NCBI GenBank assembly: GCA_003599795.1
Contig: QZJQ01000003.1
Coordinates: 1 to 62,521 of the forward strand
DNA: 62,521 nt
Direction of reading: 5' to 3'
Source of the DNA: Nitrospiraceae bacterium
GTDB lineage: Bacteria; Nitrospirota; Thermodesulfovibrionia; Thermodesulfovibrionales; UBA1546
Position numbers and translations under genes: made by a program. This document shows, piece after piece, positions 38,052 through 48,202 of the stretch; the first letter of the stretch is position 1, and every line of letters starts with the position of its first letter. The notes beneath the pieces are model-generated. The model made no database searches. It was not told where the DNA came from and worked only from the letters and a program-made list of their open reading frames with translations.

Positions 38052-38630
38052 ATGAAAGCACTGATTCCTGTCGAGATGATCGAAAAAAAGATTCTGATGA
38101 TCCGTGGAGAAAAGGTTATGCTGGATGCTGACCTGTCAGAGCTTTACGGGGTCACGACAAAGAGGCTCAACGAACAGGTGAAAAGGAACATGGATAGATT
38201 CCCGATGGATTTCGCTTTTCAGTTGACCACTGAAGAATGGGAAAACTTAAAGACACAAAAGGACGAATCGAACCAGTCGCAATTTGCGACCGGTTCACAG
38301 AAGCACCGCGACCCTCGTTTCTTGCCGTGGGTCTTTACCGAACACGGCGCGATTATGGCTGCCACTGTCTTGAACAGCAAGCAGGCAGTAGCAATGAGCG
38401 TTTATGTTGTCAGAACGTTCATTAGTCTTCGCCAGATGCTTGCAACACATAAAGACCTTGAGCGGAAACTGGAGGAGATGGAGAAAAAATATGACTCACA
38501 GTTCAATGTTGTATTCTATGCAATAAGAGGGCTCATGACACCGCCGGAGACGAAGAAAAGGAAGATAGGTTTTGAGGTCAGGGAGAGAATAGCACGTTAC
38601 GGGACGGCTGCGCGGAAAAGATCGCGTTAG
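38052..38630 (+). CDS. ORF6N (KilA-N-related) domain protein
   Basis: Start after GGAGG; LIPVEMIEKKILMIRGEKVMLDADLSELYGVTTKRLNEQVKRNMDRFP is the ORF6N signature. Confidence 0.8.
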   Translation: MKALIPVEMIEKKILMIRGEKVMLDADLSELYGVTTKRLNEQVKRNMDRFPMDFAFQLTTEEWENLKTQKDESNQSQFATGSQKHRDPRFLPWVFTEHGAIMAATVLNSKQAVAMSVYVVRTFISLRQMLATHKDLERKLEEMEKKYDSQFNVVFYAIRGLMTPPETKKRKIGFEVRERIARYGTAARKRSR

Positions 38631-38661
38631 CTCTTTAGCTTTCTAAGAGTTTATTCAAACT

Positions 38662-38886
38662 ATGGCGGTTCAACCTCTATGGATCTTGTACTTCGGAACT
38701 TTGCTTGCGCTGCGACAGAACTCCAAACCCTCTGTAGTCCTCTTTCGCTGCACCGATAAACGACCTCAATTACAGCTTGCGTTGCTGCTATCTCATCTTT
38801 CGGAAATAAAAGACGCCTTAATAGCCGGAAGTGTTGTAGTTTTTGAAGACAACAGGATACGAATCAGAACATTGCCGATTGGCTAA
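38662..38886 (+). pseudogene. C-terminal fragment of a DUF5615-type PIN-like protein
   Basis: Ends ...GSVVVFEDNRIRIRTLPIG, the characteristic C-terminus of DUF5615 proteins. The N-terminal nuclease half is absent. Confidence 0.4.
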
Positions 38887-39007
38887 GAATGGGGTAAGGA
38901 GAAAGTCAGCGGCTCTTCTAAGGGGATTTACAAAACCTGATGGACGTGCTACATTTAGGCAGTTTTCGGGGAATGGAATAATTCATCTATATGTTAGTCG
39001 AGAAAAT

Positions 39008-39619
39008 ATGGCGATAATCCTTAAATTGATTACAGCAATGACGTTAATTATGTTTGCATGGCCTTCTGACGCCTTAGCAAATGCAGGCTTACCTATGCTG
39101 GTCCTTGCTTGGCCGGGGATGTTCATATCGCTGATACCAATTGTAATTCTTGAATCATGGTATCTGCACAGTCGTCTCAAGATTCCTTTCAGTCGTTCCA
39201 CGAAGATAATGACAATTGCAAATTTAGAATCTACAATAATCGGCATTCCTCTTGCATGGGCTGCAATGTTAGCGCTTGAGATCGGAATGGGGTTAATTAT
39301 TTCTTCGTTACCATTTACACATACCTTGTATAACAATACGTTTGCGTCTGTAATAATGACTTTTTTCAGCGCTGCATGGATTGCACCTGATGATAAACAT
39401 GCATACTGGATGGTTCCCTTAGCATTTATTGTTTTGATGGTTCCGTTCTTTTTCGCAACGTGGTGGATAGAATACAGGAGCGTTAAAAAACAGATGAAGG
39501 ATGTGGATTTTAGTGAGATTAAGACAACAACAAGAAATCTAAATCTGCTTTCATATGGCTTATTAGTGCTGTTGCTATCTATTTGGCTTATTGTCGCATT
39601 GATAAAAGGACATAAGTAA
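39008..39619 (+). CDS. hypothetical polytopic membrane protein
   Basis: About 203 aa from Met 39008; signal/TM MAIILKLITAMTLIMFAWPSDALA plus 5-6 hydrophobic segments; no motif recognised. Confidence 0.5.
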   Translation: MAIILKLITAMTLIMFAWPSDALANAGLPMLVLAWPGMFISLIPIVILESWYLHSRLKIPFSRSTKIMTIANLESTIIGIPLAWAAMLALEIGMGLIISSLPFTHTLYNNTFASVIMTFFSAAWIAPDDKHAYWMVPLAFIVLMVPFFFATWWIEYRSVKKQMKDVDFSEIKTTTRNLNLLSYGLLVLLLSIWLIVALIKGHK

Positions 39620-39702
39620 TATACAGCAATGTGCCAAAAGGCGGCGCGTGGCGCGCGTGTTACCAAGCATATTCCAGCTCAGCAGCGGTGGAAAAGCGAT
39701 AT

Positions 39703-39726
39703 TCCTTATTAAAATCATATCCTCCC
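39703..39726 (+). repeat. left copy of a ~24-bp direct repeat flanking the phd-parE module
   Basis: TCCTTATTAAAATCATATCCTCCC versus TCCTGATTAAAATCATATTCTCTC at 40389-40412 (21/24 identical). Confidence 0.75.
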
Positions 39727-39811
39727 AGCAAAAAAAGCCGCTCCTAACTTTTCGCTAATTATGGTATTATATTTCATATTAAATTTAGTATTAGAAAGGA
39801 TGTGAGATAAG

Positions 39812-40096
39812 ATGCCTGTAAGCATTACCGAGGATATTAAAACCGTCTCTGATTTGAAGAGAAAAACTGGCGAGGTCTTTAAGCAGCTCCACCGCACCGG
39901 CAGGCCGATAATTGTTACGGTCAACGGCAAACCTGATGTTGTGTTGATTGATGTTGAGTCGTTTGAGAGAAAACTAAAAACACTTAACCTGCGCGCTTTA
40001 ATGGCAGAGGCTGAAAGGGATGTAAAAAAGGGCCATACCAGGCCTGCAAGGGATTTTTTGAGGGAGCTTAAGCGAAGTGCAACGATACAAGGTTGA
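39812..40096 (+). CDS. phd: Phd/YefM-family antitoxin
   Basis: 94-aa; VSDLKRKTGEVFKQLHRTGRPIIVTVNGKPDVVLIDVESFE. Confidence 0.85.
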   Translation: MPVSITEDIKTVSDLKRKTGEVFKQLHRTGRPIIVTVNGKPDVVLIDVESFERKLKTLNLRALMAEAERDVKKGHTRPARDFLRELKRSATIQG

Positions 40097-40388
40097 GATT
40101 ACCCGTGCAGCTGAAACTGATATTCAGGATATTTTTGATTATATTTCAAGAGACAGCAAGACAGCGGCTCTTCGATTGACAGAGGAAGTAGAACATCAGA
40201 TAGAAACGTTAGAAAGTTCTCCGCTGCGATGTGCTGTAATTCCTGAGGCACAGGAACTGGGAGAAAAATACCGCCATCTTATATTTGGTAATTACCGAAC
40301 TATTTTCAAGATTGAAGGGTCAACGGTAATTATAATGCGGGTTATACACGGCGCAAGGCTGCTTGACATGCAGATATTAGAGAAATAA
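40077..40388 (+). CDS. parE: ParE/RelE-family toxin
   Basis: 103-aa; YKVEITRAAETDIQDIFDYI...YRHLIFGNYRTIFKIEGSTVIIMRVIHGAR; overlaps the antitoxin stop. Confidence 0.85.
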   Translation: MQRYKVEITRAAETDIQDIFDYISRDSKTAALRLTEEVEHQIETLESSPLRCAVIPEAQELGEKYRHLIFGNYRTIFKIEGSTVIIMRVIHGARLLDMQILEK

Positions 40389-40412
40389 TCCTGATTAAAA
40401 TCATATTCTCTC
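40389..40412 (+). repeat. right copy of the direct repeat flanking phd-parE
   Basis: See 39703-39726. Starts immediately after the parE stop and lies ~25 nt upstream of the next gene. Confidence 0.75.
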
Positions 40413-40438
40413 CACAGAAAATCAGTTAATATTATTTC

Positions 40439-41461
40439 ATGGAAAAAATTGACCGCTCTTATCTGAGGTATCTAAGATATACAGTCCAGTGGGGTATTTT
40501 CTTCTTCCTCGTTTACGCGGGATACAAGTTCTACTTGTTTGTTGAGCATTTTACTTATGCTGAAACCTTAACTCCGGCGCCTGAAACCATTTTATCCATG
40601 CGCCCGCCCTCAGTTGAAGGGTTTCTGCCAATCGGCGCTTTGATGGCATTAAAGCTCTGGCTCACTACTGGCATCTTTGACCGCATTCATCCTGCCGGGC
40701 TTGTGATATTTACCGCTGCTGTTTCAATGGCTTTACTTCTGAAAAAAAGTTTTTGCGGATGGATATGTCCTGTAGGGGCTTTATCTGATACTGTCTGGAA
40801 ACTCGGCAGGAAAATATTCGGAAGAAATTTTATTCTAAAACCATACGCCGATTATCCCCTGCGGTCTTTAAAATATGCCCTGCTGTTATTTTTTGTTTAT
40901 GTGATTGTTATAAAAATGCCTCCTGATGCAATACTGCATTTTCTTGAAGGCGATTACTATAAGATTGCAGATGTGAAGATGCTGTATTTCTTCACAATGA
41001 TGACAACCACAACCCTTATCTCCCTATCGCTGCTCTTTATCTTCTCATTGTTTATTAAAAATTTCTGGTGCAGGTATCTCTGCCCTTACGGAGCGCTCCT
41101 CGGAATTCTGAGCCTGTGCAGCCCGCTGAAGATAACAAGGAATAAGGATGCGTGTATTGATTGCGGGAAGTGCGCAAAAAATTGTCCTTCGCTTCTTCCT
41201 GTTGACAGGAAGATTAGGATCCACTCTCCTGAATGCACAGGATGCCTTACCTGCGTAAGCCATTGCCCTGCAAAGGGAGCGCTTGATATGGCATTCACAA
41301 AAAACAGTATTATGAATCCGCTCGTTTTCGCAATATTAATTGCAGGATTGTTCTTTGGAGCAGTTGCCATAGGGAAAATTACAGACAGGTGGAATTCTGC
41401 AGTAACTTATGAAGAGTATAAACGCATAATCCCCCAGACATCAATGCTTGAGCATCCGTAG
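40439..41461 (+). CDS. membrane-bound 4Fe-4S polyferredoxin (NapH/YccM-like)
   Basis: 340-aa; CGWICPVGAL and CRYLCPYGAL motifs plus two ferredoxin clusters (CIDCGKCAKNCP, CTGCLTCVSHCP). Confidence 0.8.
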   Translation: MEKIDRSYLRYLRYTVQWGIFFFLVYAGYKFYLFVEHFTYAETLTPAPETILSMRPPSVEGFLPIGALMALKLWLTTGIFDRIHPAGLVIFTAAVSMALLLKKSFCGWICPVGALSDTVWKLGRKIFGRNFILKPYADYPLRSLKYALLLFFVYVIVIKMPPDAILHFLEGDYYKIADVKMLYFFTMMTTTTLISLSLLFIFSLFIKNFWCRYLCPYGALLGILSLCSPLKITRNKDACIDCGKCAKNCPSLLPVDRKIRIHSPECTGCLTCVSHCPAKGALDMAFTKNSIMNPLVFAILIAGLFFGAVAIGKITDRWNSAVTYEEYKRIIPQTSMLEHP

Positions 41462-41463
41462 TG

Positions 41464-41853
41464 TTATATCTTCTTAAACTGATGCGGAAGAAGTTCGGCA
41501 ATGGAGAATTTTTTTATTCCTTTTTCAGAGGCAAGATATAGCTCAATCTCAGGCGCAAATTCTGCAAGCATCTGCCTGCATGCTCCGCACGGGAAACAAT
41601 AATCTTTACTGCCTGATACGATTGCAAGCGCCTTAAACTCTTTTTCTCCTTCCACGAGGGCACTGATAAGCGCAGCCCTTTCAGCGCAAAAGCTCAGCAT
41701 CAATGAGGGATTTTCAATATTGCAGCCGTGATAGATTTTGCCGCCACTGGTCATCAGCGTAGCGCCGACAGTAAATTTGGAGTAGGGCGCAAGAGCCTTT
41801 TTTCTTGCCGCTTCTGCTTCCTTTATTAATCTTTCAATTTGCAAAGGGAGCAT
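41464..41853 (-). CDS. cdd: cytidine deaminase
   Basis: 129-aa; CAERAA and PCGACRQ zinc motifs. Confidence 0.92.
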   Translation of the reverse strand: MLPLQIERLIKEAEAARKKALAPYSKFTVGATLMTSGGKIYHGCNIENPSLMLSFCAERAALISALVEGEKEFKALAIVSGSKDYCFPCGACRQMLAEFAPEIELYLASEKGIKKFSIAELLPHQFKKI

Positions 41854-41854
41854 C

Positions 41855-42541
41855 TTAGCTGTTTTTCAGCAGTTTCTTAACGTTCTCGCTCATTTTTATC
41901 GGTGAGGTTGTTGCCTTAGGAAGGAATATTGTTGCCCCTGCATTTTTTGCCTGCTCAATCACCTCAGGTGTGTTCTTTGCAGCCCATGCTATTACAGGAA
42001 TGTCCACATACTGCGGCATCTGTCTGATATGGGATATCAGGTCAAGACCGTCTACCGGCATCATATAAATGTCAAGTATGGCCATATCTATCTGTTCTTC
42101 CTGAAGTATTTTTAATGCCTCTTCCGGGCTTTTTGCTTCAAGCACGCTAAACCCGTCTAAAACAAGCCTGCTCTTATTCATCCTTCTTGCTGATTCATTA
42201 GCGTCCGCAATAAGTATCTTCTTTTTGTCCGTGCCCCGCGCCTTTGCTTCTAATTCCGCTAAAATTATATTCAGCTGGTCTCTTTGGAAGTGGTCAATAT
42301 TAACAAACTCCATTCCCATTCCAACCCCTTCTTCGCAGTGTTTCACCTCTGCCTTAAGGCTTAATACCCGGCTTTTAACAGGTACGGATATTTCAAGCAC
42401 GCTTCCCTTGCTGAACATCCTGCCTGTATGCACATACAGGCCTTCCTCGCTTATATCCGTGGCATTGCCCATCACTAAATTATTTATCAGGATGCCGTGG
42501 TTGAAAGGTATTCTTTTTTGCTTTCTATGTTCAGTTTTCAT
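41855..42541 (-). CDS. PilZ domain - response-regulator receiver fusion protein
   Basis: 228-aa; N-terminal PilZ-like (RKQKRIPF...DISEEGLYV), C-terminal REC (ILIADANE...DMAILDIYMMPVDG...K). Confidence 0.7.
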   Translation of the reverse strand: MKTEHRKQKRIPFNHGILINNLVMGNATDISEEGLYVHTGRMFSKGSVLEISVPVKSRVLSLKAEVKHCEEGVGMGMEFVNIDHFQRDQLNIILAELEAKARGTDKKKILIADANESARRMNKSRLVLDGFSVLEAKSPEEALKILQEEQIDMAILDIYMMPVDGLDLISHIRQMPQYVDIPVIAWAAKNTPEVIEQAKNAGATIFLPKATTSPIKMSENVKKLLKNS

Positions 42542-43614
42542 TGTTTTGCTTGCGCCTCCTTAACATAGCGGGCTGCCATGGCGCCAACCTCTGTTGTAGA
42601 GTGTCCCATCTGCCCTGCTGCAAGGCTTTTTAGATGTTTTCCCGTTATTTTCATTACTGCGTTTTCTATGGCCCTGCCTGCCTTTTCTTCTCCGAGATGC
42701 TCAAGCATCATGCCGCCGGCGCATATTGCAGCCAGCGGATTGATAACATTCTTCCCTTTATATTTTGGCGCAGAGCCTCCGATGGGCTCAAACATTGAAA
42801 CGCCCTTGGGATTAATGTTTCCTCCTGCGGCAATACCCATTCCGCCCTGTATCATGGCGCCGAGGTCAGTGATGATATCTCCGAACATGTTGTCAGTTAC
42901 AATCACGTCAAACCATTCCGGGTTTTTAACAAACCACATTGTTATTGCATCAACATGCGCATAATCAGCCTTTATGTCAGGATATTCCTTTGCGATTTCA
43001 TAGAAGGTCCTCTCCCAAAGGTCAAATGCGAATGTCAGCACATTTGTCTTTCCGCAGAGCGTGAGCTTTTTCATCTTGTTTCTTTTTTTGCAGTATTCAA
43101 ACGCGTATCTTATGCACCGCTCAACGCCTTTCCGGGTGTTTATGGATTCCTGCACAGCAACCTCGTCAGGAGTGCCTTTTTTCAAAACTCCTCCTGCTCC
43201 TGCATATAATCCCTCCGTGTTTTCCCTGACAACTACGAAATCTATGTCTTCCGGTTTTTTATCCTTTAGCGGGCAGTCTACGCCTGGATAGAGCTTTACA
43301 GGACGGAGGTTGATATACTGGTCCAGTTCAAAACGCAATCTTAGAAGTATTCCTTTCTCAAGAATTCCGGGCTTTACATCAGGATGCCCTATTGCGCCGA
43401 GATATATTGCATTATGTTTTTTAAGCTCGGACACTGCATTCTCAGGCAGGACTTCTCCTGTCTTTAAATACCTGTCTCCGCCAAAATCATAATATGTGAG
43501 ATTAAGCTTGAACCCGAATTTTTCTTCTGCCGCGTTCAGGACTTTAATCCCTTCTGCTATGACCTCCGGGCCTGTTCCGTCACCGGGTATAACTGCAATG
43601 TTGTAAGATTTCAT
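42538..43614 (-). CDS. leuB: 3-isopropylmalate dehydrogenase (isocitrate/isopropylmalate dehydrogenase family)
   Basis: 358-aa; NMFGDIITDLGA, VRENTEGLY motifs; adjacent to leuD. Confidence 0.85.
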   Translation of the reverse strand: MKSYNIAVIPGDGTGPEVIAEGIKVLNAAEEKFGFKLNLTYYDFGGDRYLKTGEVLPENAVSELKKHNAIYLGAIGHPDVKPGILEKGILLRLRFELDQYINLRPVKLYPGVDCPLKDKKPEDIDFVVVRENTEGLYAGAGGVLKKGTPDEVAVQESINTRKGVERCIRYAFEYCKKRNKMKKLTLCGKTNVLTFAFDLWERTFYEIAKEYPDIKADYAHVDAITMWFVKNPEWFDVIVTDNMFGDIITDLGAMIQGGMGIAAGGNINPKGVSMFEPIGGSAPKYKGKNVINPLAAICAGGMMLEHLGEEKAGRAIENAVMKITGKHLKSLAAGQMGHSTTEVGAMAARYVKEAQAKQ

Positions 43615-43627
43615 ATTCTTTTATCCT

Positions 43628-44122
43628 TCAAATTTTTAATTTCTTCTTCGTCCATTCCACAAGCCCGCCAGATGCAATCAGCTCTTGCATGAACGGCGGT
43701 ATCGGATTTGCTTTATAAGTTTCGTCTTTCGTGATATTTTTTATGATTCCCTTATCCGCGTCTATCTCAATCTCATCGCCTTCTTTTATCTTTTCAGACG
43801 CTTCTTCAGATTCAAAGATGGGAAGCCCTATATTGAACGCATTCCTGTAAAATATCCTTGCAAAACTCTTTGCAATAACGGCCTGAATGCCTGCTGCCTT
43901 AATTGCAATCGGAGCATGCTCTCTTGATGAGCCGCATCCGAAATTCTTGCCCGCAACAATAACATCTCCTGCTTTTACCTTGTTTGGGAAATCCTTGTCA
44001 GCATCTTCCATTATGTGTTTTGCAAGTTCTTTGGGGTCGGAGGTATTAAGATACCGAGCAGGAATTATTGCATCAGTGTCAACGTCATTTCCGAATTTCC
44101 AGTTTTTCCCCTTGATTATCAT
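43628..44122 (-). CDS. leuD: 3-isopropylmalate dehydratase small subunit
   Basis: Start at Met 44122 ([11 protein letters not shown]); [13 protein letters not shown] motif. Confidence 0.88.
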   Translation of the reverse strand: MIIKGKNWKFGNDVDTDAIIPARYLNTSDPKELAKHIMEDADKDFPNKVKAGDVIVAGKNFGCGSSREHAPIAIKAAGIQAVIAKSFARIFYRNAFNIGLPIFESEEASEKIKEGDEIEIDADKGIIKNITKDETYKANPIPPFMQELIASGGLVEWTKKKLKI

Positions 44123-44126
44123 GCGT

Positions 44127-45053
44127 CTATATTTCCATATCCCAGAGCCTGGGGTCAAGTGCGTCCCTCAGCCCTTCACCCACAAGATTATAACTAAGGA
44201 CGGTAATCAGGATGGCAAGCCCCGGAAAAACAGAAAGCCACCATGCAATTTCTATGTTGTCCTTTCCCAATGTGAGGATATTGCCCCAGCTTGGCGCCGG
44301 AGGCTGAACGCCTATGCCGAGGAAACTGAGCGCAGATTCCACAAGCACAGCGCCTGCTATCCCAAGAACGGCAGAGACAAACACAGGAGCCATGCTGTTT
44401 ATCATTATATGCCTGAAGATTATATTCATATCCCCTGTTCCCAGGGCCCTTGCTGCAAGGACAAATTCCCTTTCTTTTAATGAAAGGACTTCTGCCCTTA
44501 CAAGCCGCGCCACGCCCATCCATGACGTAAGCCCGATAACTATCATAATATTCATTATATTAGGGTCAATGAGTATTATTTTTAGGCTTTCCCGTATCCA
44601 GCCCGGTATCGCAGAAGAACTCCAGATGTTAGGGTCAATAAACGCAATAACAGCAAGGATGAGAAAAAAGGTCGGTATCGTGAGCATTATGTCAATGAAT
44701 CTCATGATTATGCTGTCAACCCATCTGCCGTAATATCCTGATATCGCACCGAGAAAAATGCCTATCAGTGTTGCTATGCCTACAGAAACAAAACCCACAG
44801 ACAATGATATTCGCGACCCTAAAATCATCCTGCTCAATACATCCCTGCCAAGGTCATCTGTGCCCAGCGGATGTCTGACGCTTGGAGCTTCAAGCACATG
44901 TTTTCTGTCAATGTCGTCAGGTTTATAAGGAGATATTAAAGGCGCAAAAACAGCGACAAAAAACATAAGAACCACAACAACCCCTCCGGCTGCTGCAAGC
45001 CTGTTTTTCCTGAATCTTCTCCAGAAAACGTCATTTAAAGAATGCTCTTTCAT
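44127..45053 (-). CDS. ABC transporter permease (oligopeptide/dipeptide DppC/OppC type)
   Basis: 308-aa, 6 TM, EAA-like loop (AARALGTGD). Confidence 0.88.
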   Translation of the reverse strand: MKEHSLNDVFWRRFRKNRLAAAGGVVVVLMFFVAVFAPLISPYKPDDIDRKHVLEAPSVRHPLGTDDLGRDVLSRMILGSRISLSVGFVSVGIATLIGIFLGAISGYYGRWVDSIIMRFIDIMLTIPTFFLILAVIAFIDPNIWSSSAIPGWIRESLKIILIDPNIMNIMIVIGLTSWMGVARLVRAEVLSLKEREFVLAARALGTGDMNIIFRHIMINSMAPVFVSAVLGIAGAVLVESALSFLGIGVQPPAPSWGNILTLGKDNIEIAWWLSVFPGLAILITVLSYNLVGEGLRDALDPRLWDMEI

Positions 45054-46051
45054 TGCTTTGCCCGTATCCTCGGATCCGCAAGCATATAACCGATATCAGC
45101 AAGCAGGTTCCCTATCAACGTTAAAAAACCTCCGATTGTCAGAATGCACATCACCATAGGATAATCCCTTGTCATAACGCTCATGAAAAACAACTGCCCC
45201 ATGCCCGGAATGCCGAAAATACTCTCCAAAATTACGCTGCCGCCTATCATCCCGGGCACGGATAAACCAATTAAAGTAATAAGCGGAAGCAGGGCATTTC
45301 TTAGCGCATGTTTGTAGATGACCTTTTTCTCGGGCAGTCCTTTGGCCCGCGCAACAGTGACATAATCCTGCCTTATAACTTCAAGCATGCTGCTCCTCAT
45401 GAATCTTGAATCACCTGCAAGGCCGCCGAATGCCGAGATGAAAACAGGAAGAATAAGATGGCTTACCCTGTCCCATATCTTGCCGAGCAAAGGCAATGCA
45501 TCGTAATTCAGGGATTTCAAACCGGAAATCGGAAGCCAACCGAGATATACTCCGAAGAACATCATTAAAAGAAGCGCAAACCAGAAGGAGGGCATTGCGA
45601 ACCCGATGAAAACAGTTGTTGTCATTAACTTGTCATAAAGAGAATTCTGATGGGTTGCCGATGAGACGCCTATGGGTATTGAGATTGCAAGTATGATTGC
45701 AAACGTTATCAGATTTATCATCAATGTGATGAATAGCCTTCTGTCAAGCAGGGACTGTTTCTGGTCCCATATCTTCTGCATAACCGGCCTTCTGTCAGTT
45801 GAGAATGACTCGCCGAAATCAAGTTTTACAATTCTTTTCAGCCACAGGCCGTATTGGACTATCACCGGCTTATCAAGGTTATACATCTTTTCAAGCCTTT
45901 CCCTTGCCTCAGGCGTTATCTTCGGATTTAACTCTGTGAGAATGTCAGTGGGTTTTCCGGGAGCAAGATGGATTATAAAAAATGAAATTAAAGTTATCCC
46001 TGCGAGCGTGGGAATCATCTCAAACAGCCGTTTTATCAGATAACCGGTCAT
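45050..46051 (-). CDS. ABC transporter permease (DppB/OppB type)
   Basis: 333-aa; YLIKRL start, [13 protein letters not shown] loop. Confidence 0.88.
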   Translation of the reverse strand: MTGYLIKRLFEMIPTLAGITLISFFIIHLAPGKPTDILTELNPKITPEARERLEKMYNLDKPVIVQYGLWLKRIVKLDFGESFSTDRRPVMQKIWDQKQSLLDRRLFITLMINLITFAIILAISIPIGVSSATHQNSLYDKLMTTTVFIGFAMPSFWFALLLMMFFGVYLGWLPISGLKSLNYDALPLLGKIWDRVSHLILPVFISAFGGLAGDSRFMRSSMLEVIRQDYVTVARAKGLPEKKVIYKHALRNALLPLITLIGLSVPGMIGGSVILESIFGIPGMGQLFFMSVMTRDYPMVMCILTIGGFLTLIGNLLADIGYMLADPRIRAKQ

Positions 46052-47710
46052 CTATTGTTCCACCTTATGTTTTTGCATTTTTTGCGGCGCATACCATTTC
46101 GGAAGATTATAGGTTATGCCGATAGGCGCAGGCTTTATTCCTTTGAACCTTGCACTAACAACCGGCGTTGCATCAGGCACATATAAAAAAAGATACGGCA
46201 GTTCTTCAGCGAGTATCTCCTGAATCCTGAAATATGCCTTTTTGCGTTCCTCTATATTAAAGGTCCTTCTGCCTTTTTCAAGGAGTTCATCCACTTCAGG
46301 ATTGCCGTAGCTTATGAAATTAAATTCCTTCTGTTTTGTCTTGGATGAATGCCAGATGTCATACTGGTCAGGGTCCAGCCCTATGCTCCACCCGAGTATT
46401 ACAGCCTCAAAACGTTTCTTGTCTATAAATTCATTAATAAATGTGGACCATTCAAGCGCCCGTATCTCAACCTTTATCCCCACCTTTGCAAGCCTCCACT
46501 GGATAATCGTTGCAGCATTTTTTCTGAGCGTATTGCCCATATTGGTGAATATCGTGAACCTGAAGGGTATTCCGTCTTTATCCAGCAATCCGTCAGCATC
46601 CGTATCTTCCCATCCCGCCTCATTAAGAAGCTCTTTTGCTTTTTCAGGATTGTATTCGTATTTTTTTACATTGGGATTATACGGCCATGTATTCGGGACA
46701 TAAGGCCCTGTTGCAGGGCTTCCGAGGCCGAAAAGCACAACATCAATTATCTCGCTCTTGTCTATTGCGTAGGCTATTGCCTGCCTTACACGCTTGTCCT
46801 GAAAAAAAGGATGTTTAAGGTTAAATCCCATATAGGTGTACGCAAAAACAGGATAGCGGAATTTCTGAAAGTTATTTTTGAAAAAATCCGTATTTGTCTG
46901 CTTTGTATATTGTATCGGCGTCAGCCCCATCATATCTATGCTGCCTGCCTTAAGTTCAAGAAACATTGTTGCGAGGTCCGGGATTAACCTGTAAACATAC
47001 CTGTCTATATAAGGCCTGCCTTCAAAGTATTCTTTATATGAATCAAGGATCAGTTCCTGCCCCGAAGTCCATCTTTTGAGTTTGTAGGGCCCGAGGCCTA
47101 CGGGATTTCTTCCGAACTCGCTCTTTGTTATATCCTTTCCTTCAAGAAGGTGTTTCGGAAGAACAACTATGCCGCTCCATGAAGTAAGCGCAGGCGCAAA
47201 CGGCTTTTCATAGGTGGCCCTGAATGTATGCTTATCAACAACCTCTGCCTTTTTAACCTGAAGAAAATCTTCTTTATAAGCAGTCGGCGTTTTTTCATTT
47301 ACAATTGTGTCAAATCCGAATTTTACATCGTCCGCGGTGAACGGAACCCCATCAGCCCATTTCACGCCTTTTCTCAGGCGAAAGGTTATAACAAGGCCGT
47401 CTGATGAAATATCCCATGACTCCGCAAGGTCTCCGATAACGCTGAGGTCTGTATGGTATTTAACAAGCCCATTAAACATTAACCCTGCAATATCATGGGA
47501 TGCGCTGTCGCTTGCAAGCATGTATATAAGATTGCTCGGCTCTCCAATGGAGCCGACTATCAGTGCATCGCCGTACGCGGGCTCGTGAGAATTGCTTTCT
47601 GAGACGGTTGTGATTGTTTCAGCAGGTTTCTCTTTGCAGCCTATGATATTGACGGCAATTAAAAGACCCAGAAGAAAAAGAAGTGCTCTTTTTGTCATGC
47701 AAAAAAACAT
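46052..47710 (-). CDS. ABC transporter family-5 substrate-binding lipoprotein (peptide/nickel type)
   Basis: 552-aa; lipobox NIIGC; SBP_bac_5 features. Confidence 0.85.
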   Translation of the reverse strand: MFFCMTKRALLFLLGLLIAVNIIGCKEKPAETITTVSESNSHEPAYGDALIVGSIGEPSNLIYMLASDSASHDIAGLMFNGLVKYHTDLSVIGDLAESWDISSDGLVITFRLRKGVKWADGVPFTADDVKFGFDTIVNEKTPTAYKEDFLQVKKAEVVDKHTFRATYEKPFAPALTSWSGIVVLPKHLLEGKDITKSEFGRNPVGLGPYKLKRWTSGQELILDSYKEYFEGRPYIDRYVYRLIPDLATMFLELKAGSIDMMGLTPIQYTKQTNTDFFKNNFQKFRYPVFAYTYMGFNLKHPFFQDKRVRQAIAYAIDKSEIIDVVLFGLGSPATGPYVPNTWPYNPNVKKYEYNPEKAKELLNEAGWEDTDADGLLDKDGIPFRFTIFTNMGNTLRKNAATIIQWRLAKVGIKVEIRALEWSTFINEFIDKKRFEAVILGWSIGLDPDQYDIWHSSKTKQKEFNFISYGNPEVDELLEKGRRTFNIEERKKAYFRIQEILAEELPYLFLYVPDATPVVSARFKGIKPAPIGITYNLPKWYAPQKMQKHKVEQ

Positions 47711-47717
47711 AGTGTAG

Positions 47718-48131
47718 TTACTGCCAGCCTATGGGTTCGTAGCCTTTTTCCCTGAGGCAACGAGACACAAAATTTTTATAGACCTGGCTCGGCTTTGATG
47801 ATTTTGATATTCCCCGGACAAAGCCTCCGGCTGCTCCTGCTGCGCCTCCTATGCCAGCGCCTTTGCCTATGTTCCCTGTCACTGCTCCGACAGCTCCTCC
47901 GACAACTGCGCCTCCCGCACCTCCTGCTGCCGTGCTGCCGGCTACATCGCCGCCGGGATTTGTCTTGATATATTCATTGGCAAGGCGCTCGCACTCTCCA
48001 ACATCAATTTCTGCCTGTTCTTTGCCTACGGCCTTTAAATGAGCATTCGGATACAGCACCGGGCCTCCGCTACTTGCGCACCCTGCCAGAAAAATAAAAA
48101 ATACTGAAATTAAAAGCAAGATTTTAATCAT
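47718..48131 (-). CDS. glycine-zipper lipoprotein
   Basis: Start at Met 48131 (MIKILLLISVFFIFLAGC lipobox); GxxxG-rich segment GSTAAGGAGGAVVGGAVGAVTG. Confidence 0.7.
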   Translation of the reverse strand: MIKILLLISVFFIFLAGCASSGGPVLYPNAHLKAVGKEQAEIDVGECERLANEYIKTNPGGDVAGSTAAGGAGGAVVGGAVGAVTGNIGKGAGIGGAAGAAGGFVRGISKSSKPSQVYKNFVSRCLREKGYEPIGWQ

Positions 48132-48202
48132 GTTTTCACCTCTTATTTTTCCGTTATCTTCTGCCCGCTTCGCTTCGGCGCTCACTCAAAAAATTTTATG
48201 TT

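Noticed and set aside
39636-39680. The GC-rich palindrome GGCGGCGCGTGGCGCGCG after the membrane-protein gene, considered as an attC or intrinsic terminator.
   Set aside because: No RYYYAAC/GTTRRRY boxes flank it and no T-tract follows. It may be a weak terminator or a chance palindrome.
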